From: a virus
Reading direction: 5' to 3' (one strand)
Length of the DNA: 64,000 nt
IMG/VR virus record: IMGVR_UViG_3300028920_000052
Span: 1 to 64,000 of that record
Positions within the stretch are counted from its first letter, which is position 1. The number at the start of each line of letters is the position of its first letter. The notes under the pieces are model-generated. The model had not been told where the DNA came from and ran no database searches. It saw only the letters and a list, made by a program, of their open reading frames with translations. Both the position numbers and the translations under genes were made by a program. Below, in pieces: positions 20,622 through 30,876 of the stretch.

Positions 20622-21635
20622 TTATTTTAGGTATTTAATCCAATTATTTACTCTTGTAATATCTTTTTCTTCTACATCAAACCATCTACTATATCCAGCT
20701 AAGTATCTAGTACCTTCTGTATGTAGTGAAATTAATTTATCTATAGCCCATCTACACAACTTCTTACCATCTTCATCTGATATGCAACTACCATCACTAT
20801 GCCAATCATCGCCAGGATGATTATTATCTCCATAGCATATGACTGTGCCATACTGCTTGGTATCAGAAGTTAATAGTTTTTTGAACATATTATTTTCTTG
20901 TCCATTCCCCCACTGTTTATATGCAGTATCTATAGTTATTGTATGTAGTTCTTCGTAAGGAATTAGAACACTTTTCCTACCTGTAATTAAAATATCAGCA
21001 TAGAAAGTTTCTCCTAAATATTTACCCATAGCTAAAAAAGTACTTCCTATACCTTTAGGAATACTTCTAGATATATCAAATATAAACAAATTCTTTTTAG
21101 GAGAAGTTAGTTCTATACTTCCATACATTCCATCCAATTTCTTATTATACATATTTGGATTATAAACAGAAAAGTTGTGTATATTTGTTTTAACAGCTTC
21201 TTCTATATTATCTAACCAAATAGGAAAAATATTTAGATTCTTTATTACTTGAATGTCTAGAATAGCAACAGCATCATTTATATACTGTCTAATTCCTAAA
21301 CTGTGCTGTATTTGCTCAAGTTTAAGATCATCATCATCTTTTATGCTATTAACATTTCCACTTGTAGAGTAATTGACATAAACAGTTTCACACCACTCAT
21401 AATCTTGTATAGCATATCCTTCATCTTCTAATATCTTTTTAAAGTTAAAAGGTAAACCTGTAGCTAAAGCTCTTTGATAGAGTATTTCATATTCTAATAT
21501 TCTAATCAAGTTATCTTTGACAGATTCATCTCCATATATAAAAGGAATTCCTATAGGAAGTTCTTTTATTTCCTTTCTATTTGTAATAAAATAGATAGTG
21601 GGCAATTTAAACTTTTTACTTGTTAATAATTCCAT
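20622..21635 (-). CDS. vWA (MIDAS) domain protein
   Basis: LFIFDISRS (DxSxS) and later VICYGD; directly downstream of the AAA ATPase. Confidence 0.65.
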   Translation of the reverse strand: MELLTSKKFKLPTIYFITNRKEIKELPIGIPFIYGDESVKDNLIRILEYEILYQRALATGLPFNFKKILEDEGYAIQDYEWCETVYVNYSTSGNVNSIKDDDDLKLEQIQHSLGIRQYINDAVAILDIQVIKNLNIFPIWLDNIEEAVKTNIHNFSVYNPNMYNKKLDGMYGSIELTSPKKNLFIFDISRSIPKGIGSTFLAMGKYLGETFYADILITGRKSVLIPYEELHTITIDTAYKQWGNGQENNMFKKLLTSDTKQYGTVICYGDNNHPGDDWHSDGSCISDEDGKKLCRWAIDKLISLHTEGTRYLAGYSRWFDVEEKDITRVNNWIKYLK

Positions 21636-21642
21636 AAATTAA

Positions 21643-22662
21643 TTATTTATTTTTTTTTGAAAAAAAAAGAAAAAGAGAAGGAGAGAGAGAAGCGAGGGCG
21701 GTGCGGGGGGTGGGGCTTATTTTAACACCTCTTTCTATATCCTTTAAAGCCTGTTCAGAAAAATGATACATTAATTTTAATTTTTCAATGTTTTCTATTT
21801 CTCCAATAATATTATCATTCTCATCCAGCATTAAAATTTCATAATGCTTAGTTTTTCCCAAACCTTCTTCTTCAATATTAAAAATACTGATATTTTTATT
21901 TAACCTAATTAAATCTAACCAAGGAATATTTTCTCCAGGTAAAAGTTCTCTTTCATCATTGAGTTTTACAGGGTTTTCTGTCTTATTCTCAATTAGTGTA
22001 GTTAAAATAGGTTTTAAAAGAACTTCATATGGAGTAAATATATCATTAATTATCATATTTACAGCTTTATCAATACTTCTAGGAGTACAGAAGTTATAAG
22101 TACTATAATCTTCTGCTGTTATTAAACTTACTAATTTATTAGACACAGCATTAACTAATCCATACTTTTTAAACATATATTCTTTCCACATTTTAGCATC
22201 AAAAACTGTATCATACCACAAAAATCTTTCTTTAATTTGTGGAGTCATTGGTGTCATTCCTTCTTTATTACCTGCTGCTACAATCATTATATCAGGTAAC
22301 TTTCTCCCCGCTGCAGTAATTCTACTCTCTAATAGAGTTAAACTAGCATTTAAAGTGGGTAATAATCCATTAGGCATTTCATCAAAGAATAGTATATCTC
22401 CATCTTTTAATTTGAGTATATTTTCAAATTCTATGTGAACTGCTTGTGTTCTTTTTGTATTTGGGACACCAATACCGTCAATTTCAAAAGGTGGTTTAGA
22501 AGAAGTTAGAAATAATTCTAAATGTACTCCTTTATCTTCTGCAAATTTTCTAATGATGTGAGTTTTACCAATACCAGTTTTTCCCATAAATAAAGGAACA
22601 ACTGTTCTACGTAATTCTAAGTTATTATATACTCCTTCTAATACTTTATATATATTTTTCAA
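21643..22662 (-). CDS. MoxR-like AAA+ ATPase
   Basis: Walker A GKTGIGKT, Walker B ILFFDE, sensor IVAAGN, ERF and TPRS. Confidence 0.85.
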   Translation of the reverse strand: MKNIYKVLEGVYNNLELRRTVVPLFMGKTGIGKTHIIRKFAEDKGVHLELFLTSSKPPFEIDGIGVPNTKRTQAVHIEFENILKLKDGDILFFDEMPNGLLPTLNASLTLLESRITAAGRKLPDIMIVAAGNKEGMTPMTPQIKERFLWYDTVFDAKMWKEYMFKKYGLVNAVSNKLVSLITAEDYSTYNFCTPRSIDKAVNMIINDIFTPYEVLLKPILTTLIENKTENPVKLNDERELLPGENIPWLDLIRLNKNISIFNIEEEGLGKTKHYEILMLDENDNIIGEIENIEKLKLMYHFSEQALKDIERGVKISPTPRTALASLSPSLFLFFSKKNK

Positions 22663-22676
22663 TTTCGTAAAAACTT

Positions 22677-23087
22677 TTAAAAGTTGATATATTTACTAGT
22701 TATTTTTTCTAACATTTCATCTACATTTTCTGAATCTATAGTTTCAATAACAATATCTTCTTTAATAGTATCTAATCCGATACCTTGTTTTAAAGGCAAT
22801 CCTCTTCTATATACAGTACGCACTATTTGGTCTATTTCTTCTGTAGATTTTTTACTTACGCTATTAATATAATAATCACAAAAGAGTTTTAGCTCATCAT
22901 TGACTATTATAGCCTTACAAGCATTTACAGCGTTGTTATAAAGTACTCTATAATTAGAATTCTTTTTCTCCCATTTTTCAAATTCTTTATCAGAATTTAG
23001 ATTCTCATTATACTTGTTAATTTTAAGATTAACTTCACGGTATAGTTTAGTTGCTAAAGCAGTAATTTGTTGATTTGTTAATTTCAT
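22677..23087 (-). CDS. Hypothetical protein
   Basis: 136 aa ORF. Confidence 0.65.
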   Translation of the reverse strand: MKLTNQQITALATKLYREVNLKINKYNENLNSDKEFEKWEKKNSNYRVLYNNAVNACKAIIVNDELKLFCDYYINSVSKKSTEEIDQIVRTVYRRGLPLKQGIGLDTIKEDIVIETIDSENVDEMLEKITSKYINF

Positions 23088-23088
23088 T

Positions 23089-23520
23089 TTAATTTAATAT
23101 TTTAATATATACACCAGGAGCTGTTTTATCATAGTTCCAATAATTGTCATCTATTTCTAAAGGAAAAGGTAGTAAGAAGTTTACATTATCATCTGGAATA
23201 ATATCAAAAGCTGTCATAAGATCTAATAATATATGACAAGGATTATGAAAATCCCACTTATGTCTACTACCTCTTACAAAATGAAATCCAAGCTTAATTG
23301 GATATATACTACATTCTTTTATAGGTTTACATAATTTTTCAAAATTATATTGTTTAGGAATTCTTTTGAAAAATTTAACTTCTTTTCTTCCAGAATTATA
23401 ACTCTGTATTCCATATAGCCTTAACCATTTGGTAACAGTTTTAGAAGGAAATCTACCCATTACCTTGCTATTCTTTAGTGATGGGATATTTCCTGGGATA
23501 AATATTAATTCATTTTGCAT
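23089..23520 (-). CDS. RusA-like Holliday junction resolvase
   Basis: IPGNIPSLKN, WDFHN and IIPDDN motifs. Confidence 0.7.
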   Translation of the reverse strand: MQNELIFIPGNIPSLKNSKVMGRFPSKTVTKWLRLYGIQSYNSGRKEVKFFKRIPKQYNFEKLCKPIKECSIYPIKLGFHFVRGSRHKWDFHNPCHILLDLMTAFDIIPDDNVNFLLPFPLEIDDNYWNYDKTAPGVYIKILN

Positions 23521-23729
23521 ACTCTGTTAATAAAAGATTCTGAAAGTTTGTATACCTGTCTTTTGACAGTATGATTTGCAGTAGGATAGTTTCTTTCTCT
23601 AATTGCTTCCCTTAATCTATTTTCCTGCATTAATTCTTCATTATTTCTCTTTCTTATTTCTTCAGATTTAGCAACTTGAAAAGGTTTTCTACTTTGTAAA
23701 ATTTTATTATATATTTCATTATAACCCAT
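23505..23729 (-). CDS. Hypothetical protein
   Basis: 74 aa ORF. Confidence 0.5.
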   Translation of the reverse strand: MGYNEIYNKILQSRKPFQVAKSEEIRKRNNEELMQENRLREAIRERNYPTANHTVKRQVYKLSESFINRVCKMN

Positions 23730-24741
23730 AAATTTTACTTTTTATTAATTTAAAAAATTCTTTTAACCCATATTTTTTAGAGAAGTCACTTGGATCTTTA
23801 GGTGTATCTATAGGTGTATAAAAATACTGTAAATTATATAATTCACCGTATTTTTGTGCATTTTTAATACCAGTACTATCATTGTTATAAAAAATTATTA
23901 TCTTTTTCCACCTATTTTGCATTTTATAAAACCAATCACTTGGTACAAATGCACCTTCATTATTTGGTGCTACACCATGTATAATTAGCTCTGGAAACAT
24001 CTTATCTAACCGCATTCTCCAAAATATACCAGCATCTTTTTTACTGCTAGTAATGAATAAAATATCTCCCATTTTAGGAGCAACATCTACTAATTGAACT
24101 ATTGTGTTATCAACATTACTAACCCATTTAAAGTTATCTCTTTCTGGAAAATAAAGTTTTCGTTGCATTCTTTTATTATGCCAATAGTACTCATAACTAA
24201 AAGCTAATTCATTAGTCTTTATTCTCCACATGTTGTCATTAATCCAATAATGAGAAATAGATTGAGTTTTAGCCTCATTTAACATCCATTCAGTCCAATA
24301 AAAAGAATTCCAGTATTCTAAATCTTTTTTAGTAAATTCTTTTTTCTTCTTTTTAATAACTGTATACTGCTTCTCTTTAAACTTAGGTCTAACTTTTAGT
24401 ATTTCAGGTCTAGCTGTTCTATCTGGTTTAAAATCTATAGTATATCCTAATCCAAGATGGAAATCTGAGTTAATTTGTTGTAATGCACCTACAAAATTTA
24501 AACCTAGTCTTGCCATTACAAAGTCTATACATCTATATGTTTCTCTAGTACCAAAATCTGTATACATTAAATCTCCTCTAATCTGAGCAATACAGCAAGA
24601 TGGGTTATTATCTTCTCTAAAATCTGAATTGAATAGTTTTCCTACTTCTATAAAGTTTTCACTATAATGTTTAAATATATCATAAGAAGAAACTTTAGAT
24701 AGAAGGTTTTCTTTGGTGAGTTCTTCTCCAAATCCATACAT
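23719..24741 (-). CDS. DnaG-family primase (crAss type)
   Basis: FREDNNPSC and YTDFG N-terminal region; Toprim-like FITSSKKD, YNNDSTG and KDPSDF. Confidence 0.8.
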   Translation of the reverse strand: MYGFGEELTKENLLSKVSSYDIFKHYSENFIEVGKLFNSDFREDNNPSCCIAQIRGDLMYTDFGTRETYRCIDFVMARLGLNFVGALQQINSDFHLGLGYTIDFKPDRTARPEILKVRPKFKEKQYTVIKKKKKEFTKKDLEYWNSFYWTEWMLNEAKTQSISHYWINDNMWRIKTNELAFSYEYYWHNKRMQRKLYFPERDNFKWVSNVDNTIVQLVDVAPKMGDILFITSSKKDAGIFWRMRLDKMFPELIIHGVAPNNEGAFVPSDWFYKMQNRWKKIIIFYNNDSTGIKNAQKYGELYNLQYFYTPIDTPKDPSDFSKKYGLKEFFKLIKSKIYGL

Positions 24742-24753
24742 AGTAATTAATTT

Positions 24754-24783
24754 AAAAATAGGGAAGATTTCTCCTCCCTATTT
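24754..24783 (-). terminator. Intrinsic terminator
   Basis: AAAAATAGGGA...TCCCTATTT hairpin after the putative SSB. Confidence 0.7.
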
Positions 24784-24794
24784 GATGTTAATTA

Positions 24795-25391
24795 CTAAAA
24801 ATCATCTGTAGTTGCTACTTCTGGTGTAGGAGGTAAATCATCATTATCTGGAGATTCACTTCCAGGGTTATATGATGATACTACAGTATCATATTTAGGA
24901 TTAATAATTAATTTTGAAGGAGTTGTTTCTATATTTTCAAATATAGGTGCTACATTAGGAAGAGTTGGAAATCCATCTTTATTATAAACACATTTAACAC
25001 GTAATTCTTTCCCCTCATATTTATTTCCAATATCTGCCATTACAACTTTACACAAACTTTTGAAACCTGTTACTCCTTTTGGTACATATTTTTCTCCTAG
25101 AAATCTACGAGCAATATTAGCCATTACGCCATTAAATTGGCTAATCTTTGTTTTAAGAACTTTTTCATCTACAAATCCACCTAACTTAGGTTCAAACCAT
25201 GCTTTCTGCGCAGTTTGTCCTTGTACATTTTTTACTACTACTTTAAACCTCGTTTTGTCTCCATCTTCAATCAGTTCCATGCTGTCAATAAATCTACCTT
25301 CTGCAATTGCAGTTTCTGGTGTAATTTGAATAAATTTACCACCTACTTCTGATGTTTCTTCAGTGAATCCAAATGTTGCTTCTGTACTCAT
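24795..25391 (-). CDS. Putative single-stranded DNA-binding protein
   Basis: Acidic tail ending DDLPPTPEVATTDDF; located between primase and AAA ATPase. Confidence 0.6.
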   Translation of the reverse strand: MSTEATFGFTEETSEVGGKFIQITPETAIAEGRFIDSMELIEDGDKTRFKVVVKNVQGQTAQKAWFEPKLGGFVDEKVLKTKISQFNGVMANIARRFLGEKYVPKGVTGFKSLCKVVMADIGNKYEGKELRVKCVYNKDGFPTLPNVAPIFENIETTPSKLIINPKYDTVVSSYNPGSESPDNDDLPPTPEVATTDDF

Positions 25392-25694
25392 AAAATTTAA
25401 TTTAATTATTGTTTAATTGATTATTTTTGTCAAAAATAGCAGGAGCATTTCTAGAATACTCCTGCTGTAAAAGGATTTCCAAGTGTGCTTCAATGAGAGG
25501 CATGGAAATCATCTAAAAATGTCCTAATAACTGTTCTAATGGTAAGTTAGTAAGAACATTGACTCTAGGAATCTCTCCTAGAGGGGGCACAAGTTTTTTT
25601 TAAATTTCCATTTTTAAACTCATATTTATTTTCATACTTACAGTTTTTACAGGTGTTATAAAACAACTCCCCTGCTACTTAGTATTATGCAAAT

Positions 25695-25934
25695 TTAAGC
25701 ATTTATTGTTTCATTTGCAATAGTTTCTACAACTTTTTTCTTACGAGGTGCTCTTTTTTTAACAGGTTTAGGTTTAATTTCCTCAAGCAGTCTTTGTTTG
25801 GCTTTAATATCAGCACTCATTTGTAATTCTAACAACCATTGTGACAACATCCAAGGAAGCACCACTAAAAGCCATATAAGCCCACCTATAAGTTTAGCAA
25901 TACCTTTTAATCCATCTAAAACTTTTTCTATCAT
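25695..25934 (-). CDS. Small membrane protein
   Basis: Hydrophobic segment IAKLIGGLIWLLVVLPWML. Confidence 0.6.
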   Translation of the reverse strand: MIEKVLDGLKGIAKLIGGLIWLLVVLPWMLSQWLLELQMSADIKAKQRLLEEIKPKPVKKRAPRKKKVVETIANETINA

Positions 25935-25953
25935 ATTTATTTAATTTAATTTA

Positions 25954-26154
25954 TTAATCCATTTTAATACTTTTTCTTCCCATACTCAAACCTTCTACAA
26001 AGTACCAAAAACCTATTATAATTGTTAAACTAGGTAGTATGTATTCATACCAAATAGCTGCTTTTTCAAAATAATGTTCTCCAATAAGAGCTGTCATTAT
26101 TCCTAGAAGAATATAAAAGAAAGCCCATATTAATATTCTAGTTGCTCTATTCAT
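25954..26154 (-). CDS. Small two-TM membrane protein
   Basis: Two hydrophobic segments. Confidence 0.6.
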   Translation of the reverse strand: MNRATRILIWAFFYILLGIMTALIGEHYFEKAAIWYEYILPSLTIIIGFWYFVEGLSMGRKSIKMD

Positions 26155-26159
26155 ATTAA

Positions 26160-26810
26160 TTATTTTGTAAATTCAACAATCTTTTCTAATACATACTTAC
26201 TGTCATTTGGTATTTTAAAAACATCTTCTCCAAATATATCTGGTGGACATTTTGAACTAGAGTTATCTAATGCTAAATCAAACCAAGCTTCTACTTTTTT
26301 GGTATTAGGATCTAAATGCCTATCAACGTAAAGTACAATAGAAAACTCTTTTTCAATTGTACCCTCCCAGGCTTTTCCTTGTGTTTTTACTCTTCTTTCT
26401 TTAGCACCTCCTTCATCTTGTATCCATTCATAATGAGCAGTAAGAAATACCTCTTTTTCTATCTTTTTAATTTCAGTTAAAAAATCTGAAACAAGCCCAT
26501 TATAATAATTATAAATATCATAACCTTTTTTTGTAGCTTTTGCCTCTGCCATAAATATATCAAATACAGCACTTAAACTATCTATAACAATACAATCTAT
26601 TTCTTTATTATCGCTATAAGCTTTTAAAGCAGCAAATACACCACCTCTTGCTAAAGGTTTACCATGATACTTAAAATTTCCTTTAAAAGGTAAGGGCTTA
26701 TTCTCTACATTTATAAATCCTGTAGTTTCTCTATCCATATTTCTGAAACTAAAAGTTTTGCCCTTACCTGACTGACTTACTAATAATACTTTATAATAAT
26801 CTCTTGCCAT
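26160..26810 (-). CDS. AAA_24/Sak4-like P-loop ATPase
   Basis: SQSGKGKT, KPLPF, IVIDS and TAH motifs. Confidence 0.8.
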   Translation of the reverse strand: MARDYYKVLLVSQSGKGKTFSFRNMDRETTGFINVENKPLPFKGNFKYHGKPLARGGVFAALKAYSDNKEIDCIVIDSLSAVFDIFMAEAKATKKGYDIYNYYNGLVSDFLTEIKKIEKEVFLTAHYEWIQDEGGAKERRVKTQGKAWEGTIEKEFSIVLYVDRHLDPNTKKVEAWFDLALDNSSSKCPPDIFGEDVFKIPNDSKYVLEKIVEFTK

Positions 26811-27170
26811 TTATTTCTCCTCTTTCATTAAACTTTCATGCTGTTCCTTCAAAAAAGTAATAGTACCAATATGAGCATCAAGATGTTTTTGAGCAATTCT
26901 TACTCCTTCTTCAGCATCAAGTAGCTGAGAAATATAGTAAGTTCTATCAGTAATAGCTTTACCATTATTAATCCTAGCCCCCATTAACTTCTCTTGTGCT
27001 TCCGTAACCCTATCTTCTTTTTCAATTAAATCACCTTCCATTGAAGAGATTGAACTTTTAAGAGCAGAATTAGCCTGTCTCCATACTTTTTCAGCTTGTG
27101 CTTCTACATCATCACCTTTTACCTTTGCAATAAATTCTTTGCAAAATGAATTTAAAACTGTCTTTGCCAT
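26811..27170 (-). CDS. Coiled-coil hypothetical protein
   Basis: 119 aa helical ORF. Confidence 0.65.
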   Translation of the reverse strand: MAKTVLNSFCKEFIAKVKGDDVEAQAEKVWRQANSALKSSISSMEGDLIEKEDRVTEAQEKLMGARINNGKAITDRTYYISQLLDAEEGVRIAQKHLDAHIGTITFLKEQHESLMKEEK

Positions 27171-27206
27171 AATTTAAAAATTTAATTGTTAGTTAATAAT
27201 TATTTG

Positions 27207-29339
27207 TTAATCAATTGTTAATTGTTTTGTTACTTTAACTTCTTCTCTGGGTCTAGCCATAGGAAGTTCATCATCATCAATAGATAAAATTGTTTTTAAT
27301 GTAGGTTGTTCATAAGAATCTCCTACCATCCACTCAGGAATTATATTACCTATTCTTCTACGTGTTCTTGCACTATAGTTCATTTCTTTGTGTAATTCTT
27401 TTATATAGGCAGTCTGAACTTCTTCAGGTCTAGCTTTTCTAACTTCACTACAAAAGCTGTCCCCATGACCTTTCATTTCTGGATGGTCTACTCTAAATCC
27501 TATTGTGCCCGCTATTGCTAATAATTTACCAATATATCCTTCATGTGCATAATTATCCGCATACTGTTTAGTAACTACAATCCAATCTCCAACTTTTAGT
27601 TCTTCACTAGGAATTTCATGTAGTAATGCTTTTCTAAAATTTTTCGGATAATATTTCCCGCTACTTTGATTAGTTCCTTTATTATCTATCCAATCTATAT
27701 TTATATATTTTCCATCAAAAGGAGTAACACATTTAGCAATACTTCCTGTAGGAGCTGCAAATTGTTTTTTATCATTTAGAAAATAAAGAATATCGCCTGC
27801 TTTGAATTTTTCTTCAGAATCAGATTTTTCTTCGGGAATATTTTCTTTTAAAGCCTTTCCATACATATCATATCCTCTTAAGGCATAATCTTTTTCTACA
27901 AATGTTCCTTTAGTCATACATACATTTAACCACTTAATCTCTTCAGAGGTAGCTCTTCTCAAATTATCCCAATGTGCATCATTTAATCCAGTATTCATTG
28001 CATATTGACCACCATTGTTACCAGGCTTACTCATTATCATATGTGTCAAATTTATATAATGTGAATTTTTAATAGATCTAAATTGAAATACATAAGGGCC
28101 ATAAGTTCCATCAGAAGTATAGCATTCTCCTACTATTAAATCATTTATAGTTAATTTAGTAGGATTTACTGTTTCTAAAATTTCAAAATCAGACTGTCTA
28201 TAGTTAGTTGTATTTTTATTATTTTCTGGAGTAATGGCAGTTTTAGAATTTCCTTTCCATGTTTCACCTTCTTCAAAAGCACACCATGTAATATCCCCAG
28301 GAAAAAACTTTTTCTTTTCTTCTACTTTGGAAGGATGACTATCATACCAGTTAGTAGTTTCTTTAATACACCTCAATTTCCAGTATGGTTTATCTGTTGG
28401 AAAAGGTCTCATTACATTTATACTTTTCTTTTCTTCTTTCAATACATACTTTTTAAATTGTTCAGTTGTTATTTCTTCACCGAAATCATAACTATCTCCT
28501 TTTTTAATATGTCCAGGATTATGATCTGGTCTACCATTACTAGTTGCAATTCCTACAATAAACCCGATTTTAAGTAAAGGAGTGCTCGCTTTATATTTCC
28601 ATCTTGAAAGTATTTCTTGGTTTTCTTCAGTTACTACAACATGCCATCTTTCAGGTAATACAAATCCTTTAACTATTAAATCTGGATGTCCTTTAGGTAA
28701 ATATGGCTGAATTTCTTCTAATGAACAAGCTATAGCCTCATCATAATTACAAGAGCCTCCTATACCTGAATAATCTCCTCTATCAGAAATATATTCTGAA
28801 CATGCGCCTAAAGATTTATATTTAGCAAGGAAATTACTAGTTTTTGGTAGTTTATACCACTGTCCAACTATAAATTCTTCTTTTTTAGTTTTGGTTTTAG
28901 GTTCTTCTATTACTTCTGCCCATTTATTATCCTTAAAATGACAGTAAAAAGTAAACCCATTAGTAACTGAATATACATCTTTAGCTTCATGTTTATGCGT
29001 TCCTATCCTAAAATGCGCATCTTTAGGAATTTCATCAATTTTTTTAGTAACTAAACATTTAAATTTAGTCCCAACAGGGTATCTAAACTTAGCACATTCT
29101 AATAGTAAAGCATCAGTTAATTTCTCTACATCTTCTAGAGTTTTCATAATAGGAAAACCTCCTACTGAACTTTTATACCCTATAACTTTTTCAGAAAACT
29201 CTTTTTTATCTATTCCAAGAAAATCAAATATTGCATCATTGGCTCCACGATAACGCTCCCAGTAAAATCCTTCAAAAGCTTCTCTAAGCGTGTAAGACAT
29301 TTCTAAGAAGTCAATTTTATCTTTTAAGTTATATTTCAT
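27207..29339 (-). CDS. Large modular hypothetical protein built of small tandem domains
   Basis: 710 aa with recurring (F/L)xVG(D/Q/E)W starts and RxAxxEE(I/V) ends. Confidence 0.7.
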   Translation of the reverse strand: MKYNLKDKIDFLEMSYTLREAFEGFYWERYRGANDAIFDFLGIDKKEFSEKVIGYKSSVGGFPIMKTLEDVEKLTDALLLECAKFRYPVGTKFKCLVTKKIDEIPKDAHFRIGTHKHEAKDVYSVTNGFTFYCHFKDNKWAEVIEEPKTKTKKEEFIVGQWYKLPKTSNFLAKYKSLGACSEYISDRGDYSGIGGSCNYDEAIACSLEEIQPYLPKGHPDLIVKGFVLPERWHVVVTEENQEILSRWKYKASTPLLKIGFIVGIATSNGRPDHNPGHIKKGDSYDFGEEITTEQFKKYVLKEEKKSINVMRPFPTDKPYWKLRCIKETTNWYDSHPSKVEEKKKFFPGDITWCAFEEGETWKGNSKTAITPENNKNTTNYRQSDFEILETVNPTKLTINDLIVGECYTSDGTYGPYVFQFRSIKNSHYINLTHMIMSKPGNNGGQYAMNTGLNDAHWDNLRRATSEEIKWLNVCMTKGTFVEKDYALRGYDMYGKALKENIPEEKSDSEEKFKAGDILYFLNDKKQFAAPTGSIAKCVTPFDGKYINIDWIDNKGTNQSSGKYYPKNFRKALLHEIPSEELKVGDWIVVTKQYADNYAHEGYIGKLLAIAGTIGFRVDHPEMKGHGDSFCSEVRKARPEEVQTAYIKELHKEMNYSARTRRRIGNIIPEWMVGDSYEQPTLKTILSIDDDELPMARPREEVKVTKQLTID

Positions 29340-29829
29340 ACCATTTTAATAAGTTTTTAGTTTTAATAAATTTATTTACATAATTAGGAACATTATATTT
29401 TACACCATATTTATTAGTTCCTATTTTACCTTTCCATTTTTTACTACCACTATTCCAGAAAGAAGCTATTTCTTCATTAGTAAATCCATTTCTTACTAAC
29501 ATATCAACTTTAGCTCTAGCAACTAAGTCTTGATTTTCTGGTATTTTTATATCTAAGTATTTTTTAAAGAATACATAAGAATAATACTTCCATGTTGCTT
29601 TAGTAAATTGATATGCTCCATATTCTTTTGATTTTCCTTTTAATTGGTAGTTCTCTCTTGACTCAATAATTCTTATAGTTTTAAGAATTAGATTAATTCT
29701 GTCTTGTAGCAGTATCTCTTTAACATTGTTGTTAAACCTAGTTTCTAAAAACTCTTTATCTAATGTAGGAGCTTTACTACTTAGGTTGATTGCGAGGATA
29801 AGACTTAAAATTATACATATTCTTTTCAT
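29329..29829 (-). CDS. Lysozyme-like lytic transglycosylase with N-terminal signal
   Basis: IIESRENY catalytic Glu, YGAYQF, WNSG and YV motifs; hydrophobic N-terminus. Confidence 0.75.
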   Translation of the reverse strand: MKRICIILSLILAINLSSKAPTLDKEFLETRFNNNVKEILLQDRINLILKTIRIIESRENYQLKGKSKEYGAYQFTKATWKYYSYVFFKKYLDIKIPENQDLVARAKVDMLVRNGFTNEEIASFWNSGSKKWKGKIGTNKYGVKYNVPNYVNKFIKTKNLLKWYEI

Positions 29830-29846
29830 TGTTTTTAAATTTAAAA

Positions 29847-30826
29847 TTAGCTTGCAAAGGTAGTATTTTTTTTAATACTAACAAATGCACGCCTTAAAAG
29901 AGCAAGTTCTTGATTACCACCTTTCATAAAAGGTACATCATGTAACCAACCAACTTCTACTACACTGCCGTTTAATTGTTGTACACTTAAATGAACTGCA
30001 GGAGAATAGTTAATTAACCAGTATTTTATTACTTCATGTAGATATTCTTTTTCTTCTTCTTTATTTTTAAAAGATTTAGTAGTTTTTAAACTTTTTTTGA
30101 ATTCTTCCTCTGTCATTCTTCTTCTTTTTTAGACTCATAACAAGCAGGCACTCTATTATCTACAGAATATGGAAAATCTGGACTTCCCCACCATAATTCT
30201 CCTTTTCTTTTCTGTTCATCATTCATAGCATCTGTACAAGTATCAAAATTTATACAAGTATTTTGTGAACAGAAAGTTTTATCCCTAAAGGTTATCATAA
30301 GTTTTCTTACTTTTTTTAGTACATTCATCACAGTAATAAGATGGAAGAGCTATGCTATTTTTTACTGCATTTATTTCTTCTTCAGTAAAGTCTCTTCCTT
30401 CTTTGATAATCTTATCACAATTAGAACACAGAATTGCTAAATTACCGCTATTCCATTTTATTTTCCATCTGTTCATCATTCTAATAATTTTTTAACATCT
30501 TTTTGAATAACTTCAAAATACCCACCCTTTTCTACTAAAGGGGCTTTTTCATCATATTTAGCAATACATTCAAGTATATCAATTACTTCAACCATTTTTT
30601 TTGTTAAAGGCATAATTACTTTTTCTCTTTTGTCTACTACGTATTCACTATCTACAGGTGTAGATTTTAATTCATCTATCCTTATAGAAAATGTATTATC
30701 TATAATAGGAGAATACACAATATAATCATCAGTAGGAGAATTAGGCATTTTTAGTACTGTTACTGGAACAGTTAAATCCTTATGTTCTTTATAAGGTTGT
30801 TTTAGATATAATTTATCTTTTTCCAT
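29847..30826 (-). other. Cluster of four small hypothetical ORFs (29847-30116, 30113-30331, 30285-30479, 30476-30826)
   Basis: Overlapping start and stop codons; two are Cys-rich. Confidence 0.55.
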
Positions 30827-30876
30827 ATTTTATTCAGTTTTTATATTAATAATATAAAAGATTTTACTAGTATAAG

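Noticed and set aside
21650-21716. Diversity-generating retroelement variable region
   Set aside because: No reverse transcriptase or template repeat is visible in this window; kept only as a compositional anomaly.
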